The position numbers were made by a program, and so were the translations under genes. A DNA stretch of 64,000 nt from a virus. The DNA lies in the IMG/VR virus record IMGVR_UViG_3300026189_000002, positions 49,063-113,062 of that record, one strand, 5' to 3'. Shown here in pieces: positions 57,340 through 64,000 of the stretch (within the stretch, counting starts at the first letter, position 1; each line of letters starts with the position of its first letter). A model generated the notes under the pieces. It saw nothing but the letters and a program-made list of their open reading frames with translations, ran no database searches and was not told the DNA's origin.

Positions 57340-59526
57340 GTGATTGAAGCTCGTTTACGGAAAATAGTAAGAAAAGTATTGTTGGAAGATAGATCTAAGC
57401 TAGATGCAGAATCTAGATCTGATTTCAATATACCTACAAAGCTTAATCCTAACTCAATCGATCAGATAGAGATAGGATCTCACTATTTCATTTCTCCGGA
57501 TCAACAAATTTGGATAATACGACGAGAAGAATTAGATAAAATCCAGCAAGATATTCCTGTCTCGCTTAAAAATAAAGACAAGACAGATCCGGTATCAGAA
57601 GCTGGCCCGGGTGTTCACGCGCTCAGAATACAGCAAAAAATAAAAGCTAAAATCGGAGGAGGAAGAGTTGTTGAAGATTATCTAGCAGCGACGATTGTTG
57701 TCTTAGGTAAAAATGAAGACGGAACAACTAATTTCGACGATGAACACGACCCAGTAATCGTAAAATTAGGTAGTGCAAAAGGGCCGACAATAGAGTCTCT
57801 TGGTGGATATGAAGCTCAGTGGGCCGATGCTTCAAATGCTCTTCCCGAATTACAAATTCCAAAAGTAAGGGCTACCATTGCAGAGCTGTTGGCTCCTAAA
57901 GGCGTAAAGATTACTTGGCAGTACGCCATAGATCAAATGGTTGCAGCCGGCTATACTCCAAAGACGAGACAGTACGAAACAGGTGAATTTACCGATGAAG
58001 ACGTTGATATTGAAAGAGATGTAGAGCCGCCAACTCAAGCAAAACTCGAAGGAAGAGGAGAACGTTTACTGTCTTTTATTTTTCCGAACCTATATCCAGT
58101 CGGGGCCGATGCAACCACTGCAGGAGTCGATGTTAGAAACTCTGGCGAAATAGGTGGTTGGCCAGCCGCTGAAGTTAAAGAGACAGAGTTTAGAATCGGA
58201 GCCGAAGGAAGAGCGCCGGTTTATAAGTTTATGAAAAAAGTTGTTCCTCTCGCCGGGCTAATGCATGAATTAGTTTTAAGGGCTTCGGAATCTTCGGAAG
58301 ATAGCCCTGTGTTCCAGAGATTTTTACAGCAGTTCGATGATAAGATGCTAGAAGCTTTATCTTCGGCTGATCTTAATTTATGCGGCGATTCTCGAGATAA
58401 AAAAAAGGTTGCAAAAGCAATTTATAATACTGCCATGCCCATCCAAACAAGAGATAGTTTTAGGCTAGTTTTGCAAATAACAAATGCGGTTTGCAACATT
58501 TACTCAGATAAAACAGCATCATCTCCTAATGCTACGATAGATAACGCCAGTGCTTACGATATAACAAACGCTGAAATTGCTGACGCAAGATTAAAATATG
58601 TAAAGATGGATCTAGATGCACGCGGTAGGTACGGCCGACAGACAGCCGGAAGTTTTGAAGCCGGTGAAATAGCTGTTTCTCACATAACAGATATGGCTAG
58701 CCAGTTGGAAGAAGCAATAAGTAATCTGGGCGGGCTAGATGGCATGGATCAAGAAACAAGGGATCTTGCGGTTTCATCTGCATACGGAGAAAAGGTCGCT
58801 AACGCGAGCTCTTTAATTGATGCCGTAAAGTCAGACCTTAGAGAAACGCTTAGGGGAACGACGATCTTTGGAAAAAAAGCGGTAATAATTCTAGATAAAA
58901 AAGTCGGTTTTACAGTTGTAGATTCAGAGGATTTAGAGAACGCTTTTAAATACGGCGATGAAAGTTTAGAGACTTTGCTGTTGGGAAGAATTACTCAAGG
59001 CGGTCAAAAATTAAATCTAACAAGTAGGTTTAAAACTTTAAAAAGCATCGAGGATCAAATTAGCCAAGACGACGTGACTGGCGTCACCAACTCCGGCGAG
59101 TTAGAGGTAGTTGATGCCCCGGTCGTTGTTACCACAACACTGGACAACCCAATTGGCGATGCAAAAGTTGAGCAGATACAAGATGGCCTAATAAGAGCTG
59201 CGGTTCACGCTTTATTAAAAGAAGAGTTAACCCGCACCGACAAAAACGATATTGAGCGCATTGCTAGAAGACAGGCTAAAAAATATTTCGATCAGCAGAT
59301 CTCTAGATCTATAGAAACAGAAATAGGTAAAAGCTTTTTAGGAAAAAGAGGAAAAATTAATAAACACGTAGATGATGCTATAACTGACCGTTTTAAAAAA
59401 TCAAAAAATGACAAAGATTTTGACGAAGCTGTTATAAGGGTCTGTAGAAGAGTTTTAAAGGCTATGACAGACATGCATTACAAAAGAAGCAATTTAATCG
59501 ATCAAATGCCTGTTCCTAAGTCGTAA
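57340..59526 (+). CDS. Large probable head-internal protein with putative PD-(D/E)xK nuclease domain
   Basis: 'LRKIVRKVLLE' N-terminal motif; central 'GRGERLL...GVDV...AEVK'; C-terminal module after 'VHALLKEE'. Confidence 0.5.
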   Translation: MIEARLRKIVRKVLLEDRSKLDAESRSDFNIPTKLNPNSIDQIEIGSHYFISPDQQIWIIRREELDKIQQDIPVSLKNKDKTDPVSEAGPGVHALRIQQKIKAKIGGGRVVEDYLAATIVVLGKNEDGTTNFDDEHDPVIVKLGSAKGPTIESLGGYEAQWADASNALPELQIPKVRATIAELLAPKGVKITWQYAIDQMVAAGYTPKTRQYETGEFTDEDVDIERDVEPPTQAKLEGRGERLLSFIFPNLYPVGADATTAGVDVRNSGEIGGWPAAEVKETEFRIGAEGRAPVYKFMKKVVPLAGLMHELVLRASESSEDSPVFQRFLQQFDDKMLEALSSADLNLCGDSRDKKKVAKAIYNTAMPIQTRDSFRLVLQITNAVCNIYSDKTASSPNATIDNASAYDITNAEIADARLKYVKMDLDARGRYGRQTAGSFEAGEIAVSHITDMASQLEEAISNLGGLDGMDQETRDLAVSSAYGEKVANASSLIDAVKSDLRETLRGTTIFGKKAVIILDKKVGFTVVDSEDLENAFKYGDESLETLLLGRITQGGQKLNLTSRFKTLKSIEDQISQDDVTGVTNSGELEVVDAPVVVTTTLDNPIGDAKVEQIQDGLIRAAVHALLKEELTRTDKNDIERIARRQAKKYFDQQISRSIETEIGKSFLGKRGKINKHVDDAITDRFKKSKNDKDFDEAVIRVCRRVLKAMTDMHYKRSNLIDQMPVPKS

Positions 59527-59568
59527 TAGCTAAAATGTACAATTTAAAATTTCTATTAAAATTAATTT

Positions 59569-60081
59569 ATGGGAATTTTGCACGTATTTGATTTTGACGA
59601 CACTTTAATAAAATCTGAATCTAGCGTAAAAATATCTCATAAAAACGGAAGCACTTCCATACTTTCTTCTGAAGAATATGCAAAATATAAAGAAGTAGAT
59701 GGAGACATTTTTGATTTTTCTGAATTTGACTCTTATCCTAAAGGCGCTGAAATAATAGAGCCGGTTTTCAGCGAATTAAAAAACTCCATATCACAAGATG
59801 GAAAAAATTCTGTAATTATATTAACTGCCAGGTCTAAATCAAAACCCGTATCTAATTTTTTGTCAGACCATGGAATAGACGGAATAAAGGTTGTGGCAGT
59901 AGGTAGCAGCGATCCTATAGACAAGGCCGTTTATATAATGTCTCAATTGAAACAAGGAAACGTTGATTTAGTAAGAGTTTTTGAAGATAACGTTAAAAAC
60001 ATTAGAGAGATAAGAAAGATGATGGTTAACGGAAAAACAAAACTACAGACTCATAGAATAAAAAACGGCAGGATAGTTTAA
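59569..60081 (+). CDS. HAD-superfamily phosphatase
   Basis: 'VFDFDDTL', 'ILTAR', 'K', 'FEDN'. Confidence 0.8.
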   Translation: MGILHVFDFDDTLIKSESSVKISHKNGSTSILSSEEYAKYKEVDGDIFDFSEFDSYPKGAEIIEPVFSELKNSISQDGKNSVIILTARSKSKPVSNFLSDHGIDGIKVVAVGSSDPIDKAVYIMSQLKQGNVDLVRVFEDNVKNIREIRKMMVNGKTKLQTHRIKNGRIV

Positions 60082-60146
60082 GATATTAGCTATTTCTGAA
60101 AACTAAATTACTTTACCAGCAGCATAGTTAGTATTGAGGAATTTTT

Positions 60147-61277
60147 ATGAAAAAAGTAATAAAAACAGAGGCAGAAATAAAAGCTTCTATTGAATATAGA
60201 CAAATTTTAAAAGAAGAGCAGCTTGTTTATGATACTTTTATAGCTCCATTTTCAAGGCTATTTACAGCAATAAAATTGACAGCAAAAACGGTACTAAATA
60301 TTGCTGGTTTAGCTTGGGGCATGTTTACTTTAAGCCCGTCTAAAATGGAAAAAGCTAGAACCAATTTTGAAGGTCGACAAAAAGAAATAGAAGCTGAATG
60401 GAAACCTGTCATAGAAGAAAGTGAAAAATATTTGAAATCAGGCGAAGCCGCTTTAGCTTCTCTTATATTTGCACCGGCAGCAACAATAACAGCGGTCGCT
60501 ATGAAAACTGGCTTTGACGGAACAACAGGGACATTAGACGCTTTGAATAAATCAGGCCTTAGAATACCTTTAGTTGGTGCTTTAGGTGGATTGTCTGGAG
60601 ACTACACATATGAACCAGAAAAAACAACAGATTCGAAGCCAGAAAAAGAAAAATCGCTTCTTCAAAAAATTGCGGGACTTTTTTATATAGAGAGTTCTTG
60701 GCTAGAAGGAGATCTCATATTAGAGGCTGAATCAGGAAATAAAAAATTCGGAGTTTCTAATTTTAAAAAAGAACTTCCTGTTTGGCTTAATTCGACCGGA
60801 ATCATGAAAAAATTTAAGAGCTCTGCTGATGAATATTACAAAGCCCATGAAGAGCCAATACAGTCTATAATCGAAGATGCAGAAATAAAAATTTCAGTTC
60901 TTAATTCTTTATCAAAACTTTCATCCTTTGACGAAGCCAAAAGAGTAATGGCAGGAAGTAATATGGATTCAGAATCAATAATGAAAAATTTTAACGTCGC
61001 AAAAGAAAAAATAAAAAAAGATAAAAATTTTACAGCCGGTGTTCCAAAAGAAATAAAGAAAAAAAATCCTACCCCTGAAGAGATAAACGAACAAGCAGAA
61101 AAAGCGGTTTTAAAAACAGCAACTACAAGAATACAAGTAATAAAAGAGGAAGCTAAAAAAGCAATCGACTCATTTAAACCTAAGGATTTAGACACGGATC
61201 TTTTATCTACAACTAACGCTGGAAAAAAATTTATTCAACTGTTTAATAATGCTAAACTAAGTGTTGACGGCCTTTAA
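60147..61277 (+). CDS. Hypothetical, probable head-internal helical protein
   Basis: GAGGA SD; 'YRQILKEE' motif. Confidence 0.55.
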   Translation: MKKVIKTEAEIKASIEYRQILKEEQLVYDTFIAPFSRLFTAIKLTAKTVLNIAGLAWGMFTLSPSKMEKARTNFEGRQKEIEAEWKPVIEESEKYLKSGEAALASLIFAPAATITAVAMKTGFDGTTGTLDALNKSGLRIPLVGALGGLSGDYTYEPEKTTDSKPEKEKSLLQKIAGLFYIESSWLEGDLILEAESGNKKFGVSNFKKELPVWLNSTGIMKKFKSSADEYYKAHEEPIQSIIEDAEIKISVLNSLSKLSSFDEAKRVMAGSNMDSESIMKNFNVAKEKIKKDKNFTAGVPKEIKKKNPTPEEINEQAEKAVLKTATTRIQVIKEEAKKAIDSFKPKDLDTDLLSTTNAGKKFIQLFNNAKLSVDGL

Positions 61278-61298
61278 TATATCACTAAAGGAGTTAAA

Positions 61299-61646
61299 AT
61301 GCAAAAAAATTGGATACCAGAGATAATGTATGAGGACCCTGCAGAAGTAGGGGCATCTAGCCATATACCCTTTATACCTGTCCCCCAGGGAGAAAGTATG
61401 CCTAGAATTATATTCATATTTGAATCTAGAGAAACAGGAGAAACAGAACCTGGTCCTAACGGAGAAGATCTTCCGGTTACCGAAATGGACTTACACCAAT
61501 ATGCCGACATGGCTGTTTTAAAAAAGGGCTTAAGCGGAGAACAGTTCGATGCTGTTAGAAAAGTATTAGGCTTAGAACCTTTAAGCGTTGCTGCCTCAAA
61601 AGGAATGAAAATTACAGGCGCTGTCAAAAATAATTTAGGACAATAA
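61299..61646 (+). CDS. Hypothetical protein
   Basis: AAGGAG SD; 115 aa. Confidence 0.6.
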   Translation: MQKNWIPEIMYEDPAEVGASSHIPFIPVPQGESMPRIIFIFESRETGETEPGPNGEDLPVTEMDLHQYADMAVLKKGLSGEQFDAVRKVLGLEPLSVAASKGMKITGAVKNNLGQ

Positions 61647-61675
61647 GTGTAAAAATAATATACTTGCTATATAAT
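61647..61675 (+). promoter_or_regulatory. Sigma70-like promoter GTGTAA-17-TATAAT
   Basis: Perfect -10 hexamer with 17-nt spacer in an intergenic region. Confidence 0.5.
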
Positions 61676-61723
61676 ATAAAAGTATAGTTTGTTTGATTTT
61701 TTAAAGCTTTTGGAGAAAATTAT

Positions 61724-62161
61724 ATGAATCTAGAGATTCAGAGCCTTGTTTTTGTACTTCAATCTTCGCCACCTAAATTAATACCTGGAAAAATTATAGA
61801 ACAAATAATTTCTAGAACTGTAGAAGGTGAACAAACTAAGCATGTAGTTCAGTTTTCTAATAAAAAGACGTTTATATTAGAAGAATTAAAAAAGCCTTGG
61901 TTTCCTAGCTTAGCTAATGCAAAAATATACCTGGAAGAAGAGGCAGAAAAGCTAGTAAACTCTGTTATAGGCGAAGCAGTAAGCACATCAGAAAGGCTGT
62001 TTGGAACAAAGCCAGAAGTATCAGAATCAGAAGAAGATGTGTTGTCCGGTCTTGAAAAACAAGTAGATTCTAAAAATTTAGAAGAAGACGAAGTTTATGT
62101 CGATATGGGAGATGGACAAAAAATGAAAGTTACCCTTCCGGAGGTTCTAAAAAAAAAATGA
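61724..62161 (+). CDS. Hypothetical protein
   Basis: GGAG SD; ATGA-coupled to next gene. Confidence 0.55.
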   Translation: MNLEIQSLVFVLQSSPPKLIPGKIIEQIISRTVEGEQTKHVVQFSNKKTFILEELKKPWFPSLANAKIYLEEEAEKLVNSVIGEAVSTSERLFGTKPEVSESEEDVLSGLEKQVDSKNLEEDEVYVDMGDGQKMKVTLPEVLKKK

Positions 62162-62938
62162 AAATCCTAATAATCGATTCTTACAACATGATTCATCGAG
62201 CTAGGCATTCGTTTAAATTCAGCAAAGACAATACTACTTTTGGGTTTTTTAGATGCCTAAAATCAGAAATTGATAGACATGAACCTGATTCTGTTTTTAT
62301 TGTATCCGAAGGAAGCCCGAAACACAGAAAAGAGCTATTCCCTTCTTATAAGGCTAATAGAGATAAGAAGATAGATAAGGATTTCTTGAGGCAGATTGAC
62401 GATATATTCGAATTGTGCAAATACTTGCCCTTAACAGTAATAAGGCACCCAGACTATGAATGCGATGACGTCATAGCTATGATATGCAACAATTCTCCAG
62501 ATTCAGAAATAACTATTTGCTCTTCTGATTCTGATTTTATTCAATTGATAGAAGAAAACGTAAAGCTTTGGAATCCTATAAAAAAGAAGTTTATAGAGAA
62601 ATGGCCTGTTGATTATCTTATATGGAAATCACTAAAAGGGGATTCATCGGATAACATACCAGGAGTCAAGGGTGTTGGAGATAAAACAGCTACTAAGTTA
62701 GCTGCTTCAAGTGATAAGTTGAATGAATTTTTTGAAAAAAAGCCGCTACTAAAAAAAGATTTTGACCTAGCTTTAGAGTTGATAAAATTTAAAAACATAG
62801 ATTTAAATGATAACATGCTTGAGTGCAGCAGTTATAATTTCTCTGAAGATTTACTAAAATCTTCATTTGAGAAACTTTCTTTCAAGTCTATAACTGAAAA
62901 GTCTTGGGGGTCTTGGAAAACAACTTTTGGAGCTTTAA

Positions 62939-64000
<1,062 letters not shown>

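Overview
A 64 kb segment of a large (jumbo-type) myovirus genome, AT-rich, read with the standard code, with essentially all real genes on the + strand. 1-26.8 kb is a contractile-tail module: a gp15-like terminator, three tandem giant tail-sheath paralogs, tail tube, a tail chaperone with a probable programmed frameshift, tape measure, a tube-initiator/baseplate protein, a gp53/LysM-like wedge and a hub. 26.9-50.2 kb covers replication and nucleotide metabolism: a miniature family-A polymerase, gp32-like SSB, RecA/UvsX, 5'-3' exonuclease, DnaB-like helicase, class Ia RNR, ClpP, ThyX, DnaE, thymidine kinase, DHH phosphoesterase and dCMP deaminase. Inside it (43.8-48.3 kb) sits the main candidate novel system, a DNA base-hypermodification operon. 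It couples a thymidylate-synthase-fold enzyme with the dCMP-type (T4 gp42-like) specificity Asp to an aGPT-Pplase/amino acid:DNA transferase-like protein, a fold-type-II PLP enzyme and an SGNH protein, suggesting cytosine rather than thymidine hypermodification. 50.2-64 kb holds probable head-packaged proteins sharing a short Glu-terminated amphipathic motif (a dead SOD fold, a PCD fold, a ParB-like and a PD-(D/E)xK-like protein), a possible holin/spanin cassette, a HAD phosphatase, a second 5'-3' exonuclease and the 5' part of GroEL. All calls come from motif recognition by eye; no database searches were run.
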